Of a stretch of DNA of 64,000 nucleotides, positions 16,804 to 26,568 are shown one piece after another. The position numbers and the translations under genes are program-made. Source of the stretch: Candidatus Azobacteroides sp. (lineage in GTDB: Bacteria; Bacteroidota; Bacteroidia; Bacteroidales; WRGA01); NCBI GenBank assembly GCA_021201815.1, contig JAJQEC010000135.1, forward strand, positions 937 to 64,936. Reading direction: 5' to 3'. Under the pieces are notes generated by a model. That model worked only from the letters and a program-made list of their open reading frames with translations. It was not told where the DNA came from and did no database searches. Numbering within the stretch: the first letter of the stretch is position 1; every line of letters starts with the position of its first letter.

Positions 16804-17934
16804 TTATGGCATGGTAATCGGGATATATACTTCCGTGAGCAGCTCTTCTTCCGGAACTTCTGATGAAGTATTCAGGTATTTCTCAAAGTGAAGGGTATCT
16901 CTTAATTGGTAGGGACTGTTTGGTATCCAGTACCGGTATATATTACAATACAGGTTTTTCATTTCTTTGTAGGGACCTTTGTGAGTAAAAACCGCGTACA
17001 TCCCTCCTTCCAGGGCTTGTCTCCCGAACTTGCCGGCAGGCCTTACTTTTTCAGGCATATTGACACATGCATATATCCGGCAGTATTCTGGCCTGGTTAA
17101 CGTAGAAATGTCACAGCTTATGCACAGGTATTCGTGGTTTTTATCCGGAACACCGGAAAGAGAAAGAAAATCCGTTAATTTGTTCCATGCCTCTAAAAAA
17201 GCGTTCTTTTGGATATAGGGATTAACGACTTGTGTGCAGATAATGGTTTTCGGAGAAATCATTCTTATTTCGGGAGATAATTCATGATAAGGGACAGGTT
17301 CTTTTATAGGAATAGTTAAATCGGCAGGTTTTTTCCTGAATTCCGAAGGGGTCATGCCCATTTTTTTCTTAAAAGCTCTGGATAAAGCATAGAGGCTTTT
17401 ATAACCGGTTTGATCTGCAATTTCTGCCAGGGGCAGATCGGTGGTCTGTAATTTAAAGGCGGCTTTTTCCAGGCGGAGGCGCTGGATATATTCCCCGGGA
17501 CTTTCATTCATGATGGCTTTGAATATCCGGTGAAAGTGAAATTCCGAAATAGTTGCGATGGAAGCCAGATCGGATAAATTTATGGTGGAAGTCAAATGGG
17601 TATTGATAAAGTCAAGTACTTGATTGACTGATTTATAATATTCCTGATGGGTGGAACAATGGGACTTCCACCTTTTAAGTTCCTGTAATTGTACGGTGGC
17701 TCTAAGCATTTGTTCTTCTTCTGTTAAATAATGCTCTCCGGAAGCAGCTATGGGATTCGGGTAACTTTTAACCATATCCGTAATAAAATCCGTGAAAGAG
17801 AAATTATCCGTGAATACCCCCTCTTTAAAACAAAAACAGCAATAATCCGTATTAATAGACTGATCCTTATTTTTACCGAAATGTTCTGTTGCTGCCATGG
17901 GCATGCCACAACTCTGACATATTTTTTCTTCCAT
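16804..17934 (-). CDS. AraC-family transcription factor with an N-terminal zinc ribbon and a C-terminal GyrI-like effector-binding domain
   Basis: CQSCGMPM...DYCCFC Cys4 motif. AraC HTH region (LSDLASIATISEFHFHRIFK...IAEIADQTGYKSLYALSRAFKKKMGMTPSEFR). GyrI-like C-terminus (GGMYAVFTHKGPYKEM...). Confidence 0.85.
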   Translation of the reverse strand: MEEKICQSCGMPMAATEHFGKNKDQSINTDYCCFCFKEGVFTDNFSFTDFITDMVKSYPNPIAASGEHYLTEEEQMLRATVQLQELKRWKSHCSTHQEYYKSVNQVLDFINTHLTSTINLSDLASIATISEFHFHRIFKAIMNESPGEYIQRLRLEKAAFKLQTTDLPLAEIADQTGYKSLYALSRAFKKKMGMTPSEFRKKPADLTIPIKEPVPYHELSPEIRMISPKTIICTQVVNPYIQKNAFLEAWNKLTDFLSLSGVPDKNHEYLCISCDISTLTRPEYCRIYACVNMPEKVRPAGKFGRQALEGGMYAVFTHKGPYKEMKNLYCNIYRYWIPNSPYQLRDTLHFEKYLNTSSEVPEEELLTEVYIPITMP

Positions 17935-17935
17935 A

Positions 17936-18619
17936 TTATTCGTTCGTATTGGTTTTTTCTGTGCCGAATGTATAAGGACAAACCTTACGGCAGTTCCAGC
18001 ATCTGAGTTCCAGTTTCCCTTTTATTGTTTTATAACATGTATGATAACAGCCTTTTTGCCCGAATAATGTTTCGTCCTGTAAAGCACCGGGCGGACATTT
18101 TTGTACACATATATTGCAATGGTCGCAAACCGTGTATTCTGCTAGAGGATCCGATTCCAGTTCCATAGAGGTAAGGATAGCGGAAAGCCATATCATATTT
18201 CCTGTTTTGTCGTTTGTCAGGAGATAATTACGGGCAATCTTTCCGATCCCGGCCAGTTCTCCTGCATGTTTCAAAGACAGATACCCCATAAAGCGTCCTT
18301 TTTCCCATGCCCCTCCGACAGAACCGACCGGCTTTACATCCACATTGTCTTTCTTTATCGTTTTAGCTATCTTTCTGGCTATGTCATTCATTTTCTTTAT
18401 CATCCTATTCCGGATGTCCGTATAGGTAAGAGTATCTTTGTAAAGGATATCAGGCGGCAGCGCACCGGCAAGAACAATTACAGAATGGCAGGAGGGTAGT
18501 AAATCTGTCGGATGATGTCCTTCCGGAGCACGGTCGAATCTATCTGTAGCGGCTATTCCTACAAGTGTTGCCCCTTCATTTATACAACGTTCTTTTATAC
18601 TCTCTTTGGAAAATTCCAT
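17936..18619 (-). CDS. QueG-like 4Fe-4S protein (epoxyqueuosine-reductase/reductive-dehalogenase-like fold)
   Basis: CDHCNICVQKCPPGAL ferredoxin-type motif plus a second Cys cluster (CWNCRKVCP). Its stop lies 1 nt from the AraC start, suggesting an operon. Confidence 0.7.
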   Translation of the reverse strand: MEFSKESIKERCINEGATLVGIAATDRFDRAPEGHHPTDLLPSCHSVIVLAGALPPDILYKDTLTYTDIRNRMIKKMNDIARKIAKTIKKDNVDVKPVGSVGGAWEKGRFMGYLSLKHAGELAGIGKIARNYLLTNDKTGNMIWLSAILTSMELESDPLAEYTVCDHCNICVQKCPPGALQDETLFGQKGCYHTCYKTIKGKLELRCWNCRKVCPYTFGTEKTNTNE

Positions 18620-18800
18620 GCCTTTTTATTGGCAAAAATAAAGGAAATAAAAACAGGTATATTTATCCATTCTTGCGAAAGTTATTTCAAATATAAAATT
18701 TTAAGGTTATAAAACTGCAAAACACGGAAAGACACAATTTATTATGTTGCTTCTTTCCGTGTCCTGCGGTTTTGATATATTATTTCTCTGTGTTTCCCGG

Positions 18801-19805
18801 CTAATCAAAAACAAACACAATGCTTTGTTCGACCGGCGCCCAGTCATAGACAAATTTGGCATGTGACGTTGCATTCCTGACGCACATGTGGGAGCGGGGA
18901 GTAGTCCCCAATGTCGGACTGAATTCTACTGTTTTTGTGCGTGGAGCATTTATCGGTACACCATGGATATAAGCACCATTGGTAAAACGGCTGGCATAAG
19001 GTGCATAGCCCCCTGTTGCTTTGCTTCCGTCTTTTAAATAAATCATTTTAGGCTTCCTTTCCTGTATAATAAACATTCCTACCGGTGTCTCCTGGGCATA
19101 AGGAGGATTATGAACTCCTGTTGTTGCCGGATTCATGCTTCGGACAAGCCATTTGCTTCCTTCTTTTTCAAGAGTAGCAATATTCTGATTGCTTACATCT
19201 ACCATAATGGCATGTCTGAAAGAAACGGTATCGCCGATTTGTTTTACATATTTCTTCGGGACAAGCCATTCTCCGGGGTAGTCAAGTGTTCGGACTTTTA
19301 TATAATTCCCCGTTTCTCCCAGGAATTTGACTAACGTGCCGTCTCTCCCATATCGTACGCCGGTGGTGGTATCATTGGATAAGAACAAAGGAACTGACTG
19401 ATACCTTTCTACGCCTAATGTATCTGCAACACGTTTGTATTCATTCCTTTTATAATTTTTAATGAGAGGGGCTTCTCCGTTTTTGTTTTTATAATTTTGA
19501 AGAATCGCCCATTTGGAAGGTTCTGTTTGTATGGAATCCAGTAAAAACAACCGTTTTTTTATTTTTTCCCATTGAAATGTCCGTGTCGTGTCTTTATAGG
19601 GGTAAGTGTCTTCCAGCGTATGCTGGTCGTAAAGAAATTGTTTTTCTATCACTATTTCTTTTACCGGAACAGGTTCCGGTTTCTTTTCTTCTGTTTGTAA
19701 CGAATCTTTTACCGGGATATTTTCCTGAGGAGTGCTTTCTGTCTTTCCGGTACATGCATTTAGTAACAGAAAACAACATCCCAGATATATAAAGACTTTA
19801 TTCAT
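18801..19805 (-). CDS. L,D-transpeptidase (YkuD) family lipoprotein
   Basis: Lipobox LLLNAC. Catalytic-type motif YIHGV...LGTTPRSHMCVRN (variant of H..SHGC.R). Confidence 0.8.
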   Translation of the reverse strand: MNKVFIYLGCCFLLLNACTGKTESTPQENIPVKDSLQTEEKKPEPVPVKEIVIEKQFLYDQHTLEDTYPYKDTTRTFQWEKIKKRLFLLDSIQTEPSKWAILQNYKNKNGEAPLIKNYKRNEYKRVADTLGVERYQSVPLFLSNDTTTGVRYGRDGTLVKFLGETGNYIKVRTLDYPGEWLVPKKYVKQIGDTVSFRHAIMVDVSNQNIATLEKEGSKWLVRSMNPATTGVHNPPYAQETPVGMFIIQERKPKMIYLKDGSKATGGYAPYASRFTNGAYIHGVPINAPRTKTVEFSPTLGTTPRSHMCVRNATSHAKFVYDWAPVEQSIVFVFD

Positions 19806-20013
19806 GGAGGTAATCAGGGTATTTATTTAAAACCGAACGGTCTCTCTTTTCTTAAAATAAGAACAGGAGATGGCGACAGTTGCTTTTTTATTAAATATAT
19901 AAGTTAAAAAGCAAACAAAGAAGAAGAAAGATTTGTTCAAAAAGCCGTTCCGCCAGAACGGCTTTTTGAATTTTAAGGTCACAGGAGAAGTGTTTTAATA
20001 AAATATCAATTGT

Positions 20014-21028
20014 TTACTGTTCCAGTATGTTCAATTGAGCAATAATTTGTTCTCTGGTGACAGGATACGGTTTGTTATTTCTGATGCTTTGATATACTTC
20101 CTCAAAAAGAGTGAGGTAAGAGGATTTTTCCGCTTTTATTTTTTTACGGATTTTTTGGTTCTTATTATCATAATAAGTAAGCAGCCCTTCCATTCCTTCT
20201 TTCTCTATTCCATACAGAGGGTTGTCGGGGGACATTTCTTTATCCAGTTGTTCTTCCTGTACATCCGCCCGTTTTTTTTATAAAGGACCCTTTTGTTCCA
20301 TGTAAAATAAAAGCCGGTTGCGGATCTGGTACCAATACACTGGCGGTAGCAAAAGCCTGCATTTCATCCGGATAAGATAAATGAAAATGAGCGTAATCAT
20401 CCACCTGTGTGTTTTCCCGGAAATGTCCCAGCGATTTCGTCCATGCAGAAGGTATGCCGAACAGGCTGATAAGGCCGTCTAATAAATGAGACCCCAGATC
20501 ATAAGAAAATCCACTGCCGGGAAGAGGGGTTTCTTTTCCTTTCTTCGGACCTATTGCGGTTGCATACCGGTCAAAACGAAAGTGTGCCTCTGTTATCTTT
20601 CCCAATATTCCAGATTCCACAATTTGTTTTACAGAAATGAAATCGCTGTCATACCTGCGATTATGATAAGGAAGGACACATACATTGTTTTTTTCTCCTT
20701 CCGTAAATAATTGTTCCGCCTGGGAAGAAGTGATCGCAAAAGGTTTTTCAATCAGCACATGTTTCCCTGCCTGAATTCCCTGCCGGGCAAATTCAAAATG
20801 AGTGAAGTTGGGTGTATTTACTACAATTAATTCTATTACATCATCATTCAGCATTTCCTCAACGGAAGAATAACTTTTGATCTGTGGATAGAATCGGGAA
20901 GCGTTTTTGTGCGTCCTTTCAACGATAGCCGTTAATTCAAATCCCTCATGTACATTTAAAAAAGGGGCATGAAAGATTCTTCCGGACATTCCGAAAGCTA
21001 ATAATCCTGTTTTTATGGGTTGATACAT
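20014..21028 (-). pseudogene. Gfo/Idh/MocA-family oxidoreductase (YdgJ-like) split by a frameshift in an A8 run
   Basis: ORFs 20240..21028 (N-terminal Rossmann fold, GLLAFGMSGRIFHAPFL) and 20014..20235 are consecutive parts of one protein. Deleting one A from the coding-strand A8 (plus-strand T8 at 20272-20279) gives ...GSFIKKRADVQEEQLDKEMSPDNPLYG.... Confidence 0.75.
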
Positions 21029-21043
21029 ATCTGTTCGTTACAC

Positions 21044-21682
21044 TTATTTAAGGAATCCGACCGGTTGCACCAGGGTAATAATCTGTTCGGAAGAAATTTC
21101 CATAATACGGGCAAGTTCCTCATGGTTGAAAGAACCACGTGCTACGGTTCCCAGATTCATGGAAGCTGCAAACAGGTAGATGTTTTGTGAAATGTACCCT
21201 GTATCCGTGAAAGCCGCATCCCGGGAAGAAGCCCTGTCGAGGTTAGCAACGAAAATAAAGGATAAAGCCGCATTCATAGTGATGTCAGCCTGGTTCAGGG
21301 CTGCCCGGAAATCACCTTTTTTTATATTCTTGAGTACATTTAGCTTTGCATCATAAAAATAAATTCCATCATCGAACATTACATATACATCTATTTCCTG
21401 ACGGTTTTGTGAAGATGGTACGGTTCTCCTGTCTTCCCTGTTAAAACCATACGCTGTCCAAAGAAGGTCCGAAAGCATTTGCTGTGGCATTTCCTTTTTT
21501 ACATACGTACGTTCCGAACGCCGTTCATTCAATGTTTCCATCAATGGCTTCCCGGAAGTTTTCGATGGTGTGGGTAACTGGATATCCTGTGCGTGCAGGG
21601 TGAAAATAAAAGTTATTACTCCCAATAATGTTAAACCTCTTTTCATATCAATTTTATTTAAGTGAATAATCTTTTTTGACAA
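21044..21682 (-). CDS. Nitroreductase/SagB-type family protein with a signal peptide
   Basis: Likely start at the second Met (MKRGLTLLGVITFIFTLHAQD). Nitroreductase-like core (LSDLLWTAYGFNR...TVPSSQNRQEIDVYV...GYISQNIYLFAAS). Confidence 0.75.
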   Translation of the reverse strand: MSKKIIHLNKIDMKRGLTLLGVITFIFTLHAQDIQLPTPSKTSGKPLMETLNERRSERTYVKKEMPQQMLSDLLWTAYGFNREDRRTVPSSQNRQEIDVYVMFDDGIYFYDAKLNVLKNIKKGDFRAALNQADITMNAALSFIFVANLDRASSRDAAFTDTGYISQNIYLFAASMNLGTVARGSFNHEELARIMEISSEQIITLVQPVGFLK

Positions 21683-21867
21683 AAATACTAACTTCTTTGT
21701 TCTGTTTTCTTTTATTCAAAAAATAGAAGCACTTTTTTCTTTTTTTATAAATTTCTTATAATAAGTAGTATATACTGAAAGTATATATCCGCCTTTGCAG
21801 TCAGAAGTTTTACGGAGCGTTTTTAGTTGTTCCTATAAAAGTTGTCTTTATAAATAGAACAATATAG

Positions 21868-22848
21868 TTACATTTTCCCCATTATCTTATCGATAACCCG
21901 AGAGGTTCTTGCGCCACTCACCCCGGTAGAAGGGCATTTCCCGTTTCCTCTTAATTCTTCGATAATCGATTGAATGAGGGGCTGCTGGATATGTTGCGGA
22001 TGTTCTGTGGTATAGAATTCCCTGCCTCTATGAGTAGCTAATTCAATAGGTTTAAAAGCGAAGGTATTAAAACGGATATATCCTTTTTCTCCGTTGATTT
22101 CTACTATATCTTTTTCCTCGCCTTCGGCTCCTGCATAATTCCATTGCCCTGTTCCCTGGATACCGGACTGAAATCTGAAAATAGCAGAAACCGTATCTTC
22201 AACCGGATACAGGTTTCCAAGGTTTGCGGAGAATCCTTTCGCTTCTGTGATTTCCCCCAATAGAAAGTCGAGGATATCCAGTGTGTGGGGAGCCATGTCA
22301 TAAAAATATCCCCCTCCGGCAATTTCTTTTTTTACTCTCCAGGAATGGCTTTCGACGTTTTTATCCGATGGCAAAGGTGCTCTGCTGTATTGTATGGTTA
22401 CGGTTTGAAGTTTACCTAATTCATTATTATCCAGTAATTCTTTTACTTTTAAAAAATAAGGAAGCGTCCGTCTGTAATAAGCCACAAAGAGCTTCCGGTT
22501 TGTCTCTTCCGCTACTTTCAGCATTTCCAGGCATTCCGGATAATTCATCGCCATGGGTTTTTCTACGTATACGGTTTTTCCGGCACGCATGGCTTTAATG
22601 GCATATTCTTTATGGCTTTCCGGGGGAGTAGCGATGTAAACAGCATCTATATCCGGATTTAGGATGATTTTGTCTGCTTCTGAATAATAAGAAGGTACTC
22701 CATGCCTTAACGCAAAGTCTTTTGCTTTCTGGTTATCTCTCCGCATGACAGCCACCAGAGAGGAATGTTCCGATTTATAAAATGCCGGTCCGCTTTTTAC
22801 TTTACAGACATCTCCACAGCCGATTATTCCCCAGCGTATTTTATCCAT
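21868..22848 (-). CDS. Gfo/Idh/MocA-family oxidoreductase
   Basis: N-terminus IRWGIIGCGDV; conserved EKPMA motif (VYVEKPMAMN). Confidence 0.85.
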   Translation of the reverse strand: MDKIRWGIIGCGDVCKVKSGPAFYKSEHSSLVAVMRRDNQKAKDFALRHGVPSYYSEADKIILNPDIDAVYIATPPESHKEYAIKAMRAGKTVYVEKPMAMNYPECLEMLKVAEETNRKLFVAYYRRTLPYFLKVKELLDNNELGKLQTVTIQYSRAPLPSDKNVESHSWRVKKEIAGGGYFYDMAPHTLDILDFLLGEITEAKGFSANLGNLYPVEDTVSAIFRFQSGIQGTGQWNYAGAEGEEKDIVEINGEKGYIRFNTFAFKPIELATHRGREFYTTEHPQHIQQPLIQSIIEELRGNGKCPSTGVSGARTSRVIDKIMGKM

Positions 22849-22863
22849 AGATAATTAATGTGT

Positions 22864-23904
22864 TTATTTTCCCTCCCATACTAATGCACTGGCTCCTAAT
22901 ACTGCCGCATCCGCATGGTCATTGAGGGCTGAAATTTCAATTCTGGTTTTCCCCTGATAGATATTTAATAAAGACTGATTCATATATTTTCTTACCGGAT
23001 TTAATAATAAGTCACCGGATTTTACTAATCCGCCAAAGAGCACAATCATTTCCGGGTCGGAGAAAGCAATATAGTCTGCCATGGCTTCACCCAGGACTTT
23101 TCCTGTATATTCGAATATTTCATGCGCCAGCAGATCTCCTTTTTCCGCATATTCTGCTACATCTTTGGAGCATATAAGGAGGTCTTCTTTGTATCCTTCC
23201 TGTTGTAATGCAAGCAGCCCTTTCTTTTTTCTGGCATCATAAATTTGTTTCAGGTTGCTGGGGTTATCTTTTTTACTTACTTCCAGAAATTCAATTGCTG
23301 TACGCGCAAGTCCTTTTGCTGAGACGTATGTTTCCGCACACCCGTATCTTCCACATCCGCATCGTCTGCCTCCGTTTCTTCTTACGATGATATGTCCCAG
23401 TTCTCCGGCCAGGCCATTATGTCCTCTTATTAGTTTTCCTTCGGCAATGATACCGCTTCCTAATCCGGTGCCCAAAGTAATCATAATAAAATTCGCTACC
23501 CCTTTTCCTTTTCCGTATTTCCATTCTCCTAAGGCAGCAACGTTCGCATCATTATCAAGGGAAGTAGGAAGATTGATTTTTTCTTCCATCATTTTTACGA
23601 TTTCGATTTTCTCATCGCTCCAGGGAAGGTTCGGGTTCTTTTCAATCGTTCCGGAGCGATAACTGGCTGTAGGGGCTCCGATTCCGATTCCTTCTATCTT
23701 ATTTAAAGTAAGAATTTCTTTTTTTTCTTCGATCAGATCTTCTATATTATTACATAAGGCAAGGATAAAATCTTTTACGTTTTTATGTTGATGAGTACGT
23801 ACCGGATTTTCCCGGTTGGATACGATGATTTCTCCGTTTTTATCAACAATTCCGATTGTTGCACTTCCTCCTCCGATATCAATTCCAACAGCGTAATCTC
23901 TCAT
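22864..23904 (-). CDS. ROK-family sugar kinase (glucokinase-like)
   Basis: AVGIDIGGGSATIG ATP-binding motif. ROK Zn motif GHIIVRRNGGRRCGCGRYGCAETY. Confidence 0.85.
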   Translation of the reverse strand: MRDYAVGIDIGGGSATIGIVDKNGEIIVSNRENPVRTHQHKNVKDFILALCNNIEDLIEEKKEILTLNKIEGIGIGAPTASYRSGTIEKNPNLPWSDEKIEIVKMMEEKINLPTSLDNDANVAALGEWKYGKGKGVANFIMITLGTGLGSGIIAEGKLIRGHNGLAGELGHIIVRRNGGRRCGCGRYGCAETYVSAKGLARTAIEFLEVSKKDNPSNLKQIYDARKKKGLLALQQEGYKEDLLICSKDVAEYAEKGDLLAHEIFEYTGKVLGEAMADYIAFSDPEMIVLFGGLVKSGDLLLNPVRKYMNQSLLNIYQGKTRIEISALNDHADAAVLGASALVWEGK

Positions 23905-23937
23905 AAAGGTGCTAGTTAATAAATTTAATAAATAAAA

Positions 23938-25251
23938 TTAAAATTCTATTTTTACTTTAGGTTTCAGGTTATCTTCCATTGTCCAGAAGTAAGCTTCTCC
24001 ATGGGGAATATAAAATAATACTAATTCTTCACTATCGGCAGTCATTCCGAATTCTTTTAAAAAAGGTCGGTCTTCCAACGCTTTTTCTTTATATTTTCTT
24101 TCATTCAGGAATTCGGTTTTACCGGCAATTCTCAGCATAGTTCCTAATCCTTGTTCCGGTTTGTAAAAACAAACTTCCACGTTCGGGTTTTGTTGGAGTT
24201 GCGCCGGGATTTCCTTCACGGAAGCGGTTTGGAAATAAAACCCTGTTTCGTCTGCAAACCAGAATCCCAGTGCCCTTACCCGGGGCCGGTCATTTTCTAT
24301 GGTTGCCAGGTAACAAACCGGATTTGCATTGGTGAATTGAATGCAATCTTGAATTGTCTTCATATTATTTGTTTTTTTATATGGTTTTTCTAATAATTCA
24401 TGTATTTTCTGAGCTACATCTTCCATAAGCCACTTGGGAGTAGAAGTTGCGCCACTGATGCCAATGGAAGAAATATTTTTAAGATCGTCTTTCCGGATAT
24501 CACTGGGTCCTGAAATTCTTATGGAATTAGGATTTGCGTCTTTACATTCTTCATAGAGTATTTTTCCATTGGAACTTTTTTCTCCACTTACAAAAAAAAC
24601 AAGATCATAGGCTGAAGCGAATTTCCTGATATTGGGTATCCGGTTTGCTACCTGCCGGCATATCGTATCGAAATATTCGAAATCAACATCTCCGTTAATT
24701 CTTTCTTTTATTTCTTTGATAATTTCCGAAAATCCTTCCAGGGATTTAGTGGTCTGTGAGAATAATTTTATCGGCCGGGTAAAATCAATACGGGAAAGAT
24801 CTTCCGGATTCTCGATTACAATTGCCTGATTCTGTGTTTGTCCGACCAGGCCATTTACTTCGGCATGTCCGGCTTTCCCATAAATTACAATTTGTGTATC
24901 CTTAGGATTTCTGTTATCATACGTCTTTTTTATTTTCCGTTGCAATTGTAAAACCACCGGGCATGTAGCATCAATAATACGGATGTCATTTTCTTTTGCG
25001 ATGTGGTAGGTGGAGGGAGGCTCTCCATGTGCTCTTAAAAGCACTTTCGCATGTTTCAGCTTGCTGAGCCGGGCATGATTAATACTGACCAGTCCGATGG
25101 ATTTCAGGCGCTCTACTTCATAACTATTATGCACAATATCTCCGAGGCAATATAAAATTTCATTATTCTTCAATTCATTTTCAGCCTGATGAATTGCATT
25201 TACTACTCCGAAACAAAAGCCGGAACCCTTTTCTATCTCGATTTTTACCAT
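23938..25251 (-). CDS. ispH: 4-hydroxy-3-methylbut-2-enyl diphosphate reductase (IspH) fused to a C-terminal PNPOx-like FMN-binding split-barrel domain
   Basis: IspH Cys motifs GFCFGV, ATCPVV, DTICRQV and the IspH C-terminal signature GATSTPKWL. The reading frame then continues without a stop into about 141 aa (coded 24363 down to 23938): MKTIQDCIQFTNANPVCYLATIENDRPRVRALGFWF.... Confidence 0.85.
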   Translation of the reverse strand: MVKIEIEKGSGFCFGVVNAIHQAENELKNNEILYCLGDIVHNSYEVERLKSIGLVSINHARLSKLKHAKVLLRAHGEPPSTYHIAKENDIRIIDATCPVVLQLQRKIKKTYDNRNPKDTQIVIYGKAGHAEVNGLVGQTQNQAIVIENPEDLSRIDFTRPIKLFSQTTKSLEGFSEIIKEIKERINGDVDFEYFDTICRQVANRIPNIRKFASAYDLVFFVSGEKSSNGKILYEECKDANPNSIRISGPSDIRKDDLKNISSIGISGATSTPKWLMEDVAQKIHELLEKPYKKTNNMKTIQDCIQFTNANPVCYLATIENDRPRVRALGFWFADETGFYFQTASVKEIPAQLQQNPNVEVCFYKPEQGLGTMLRIAGKTEFLNERKYKEKALEDRPFLKEFGMTADSEELVLFYIPHGEAYFWTMEDNLKPKVKIEF

Positions 25252-25633
25252 TTTAGTTGATTCGTTCTACAAATGTACAAATTATCTCCTCTGTTGTTTT
25301 CATTTAATGGAAAAGATAAAAAAATAAATTTTTATAATGGATTTTATACTAAAACTATTACTTTTGGCGTTTATATTCTGAAACCTGTGAAAAAATAACC
25401 CATTTGCCCACTTACGATACCAGCATGAAACAAGTTTCAATTTTTACAGTTATTATTTATTACTCTTTTTTAATTGTTTCCTTAATCTATGCTTTTACTT
25501 TTTTATTGTTTTATATTCCTTGCAGAGCAATAAATAAAATAAGAGAAAAGACAGTTGCAATGAAGTCAGATGCTCCAAAGGTATTTAATCATGGCTTGCC
25601 GGATTTTCTGAGTATTAAGCAGAAGAATATGGA

Positions 25634-25969
25634 TTAATTTCCTGTTTTCTTTTTTAAGTAATAAACAAAAGAATAGGGTTTTCGATGAATCAAATAATCG
25701 GAATTCCTGTCATTCTCATATGCTTCTCTTTCAAAGCTTATCTGGAAATAAGCTTCTTTCCCATATAATACTAATTTATAGATCCATTCAAAAAGGTACC
25801 ATACGTAAAACAGAAGGTAAAATAGTTCTTTCATTTGCGCTGAATGAATGGCTTCGTGATTCAGGATGGTTTTTGTAATTATTATCCCTTTCCTGACGAA
25901 TAGGATTCCAAATAAGTTTATGGCAGCAAAATCTTTGGTTGGAATAATATTGTTATATATTAATTTCAT
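25634..25969 (-). CDS. Small HExxH-motif protein (putative mini-metallopeptidase), family not identified
   Basis: LNHEAIHSAQ motif followed by a hydrophobic helix and FEREAYEN (possible third ligand Glu). Confidence 0.5.
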   Translation of the reverse strand: MKLIYNNIIPTKDFAAINLFGILFVRKGIIITKTILNHEAIHSAQMKELFYLLFYVWYLFEWIYKLVLYGKEAYFQISFEREAYENDRNSDYLIHRKPYSFVYYLKKKTGN

Positions 25970-26149
25970 CTTGTGTTTTTTATGTAAACGAAAAGAGGAA
26001 GTATTTGTTTATTTTCCTGATTTTACGGGAGGTATATACTGCATGTTGTTTATTTGAGTAAGTAATAATAAGTGTTTTATTAAAAAATAATAAAATGACG
26101 AGTTTTCATAAGGCCTTATAGGGGTATTCTTTCTGATTCTATTACCTGC

Positions 26150-26515
26150 AATTTTGCGGCTATGAAGCCCCTTCCATTCAACCCGCTTTGGGGTTGAACC
26201 ACCCTGACAGGACTTTCCTTTCCCCCGTTTCACCGAGAAGCATGCGCATTCATCCCTCACGGGATTTTTCCTCAGGGACTGTTTAAAAGAGAATGCACAT
26301 TGGAAATATAAAGCCCGAAGCCCGGCCCGCAGAAAGAAAGACCCTTTGGATATAAACAGGGGCTGAAATGCAACCAGTCTATAGAAGAAGCAAAATTACC
26401 CCGCTGCCCGCAAAACCGCAGGGTTAAATATTTATAACCCCCGGTGAAGCGTAGCGACCGGGAAATGGAAGGTCCTTACACCCATGCAACCCTGAAGCGG
26501 GTTGAATGATAAAAA
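26150..26515. repeat. GC-rich island of inverted hairpin repeats
   Basis: CATTCAACCCGCTT (26174-26187) and AAGCGGGTTGAATG (26497-26510) are a 14-bp inverted repeat. The adjoining ~70 nt are also similar in inverted orientation. Local hairpins CAACCC-n5/6-GGGTTG. Confidence 0.55.
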
Positions 26516-26568
26516 GGTTGTCTCTTTAGATAAAGAGGTGAGATAATAAGTTTACTTTTTGGTTTATA

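Noticed and set aside
26210-26218. GGAAAGTCC (minus strand), reminiscent of the RNase P RNA P4 motif
   Set aside because: The motif sits at the wrong end of the GC-rich segment and is followed only by AT-rich DNA. The other universally conserved RNase P elements (such as ACAGAA..CGGCUUA) are absent.
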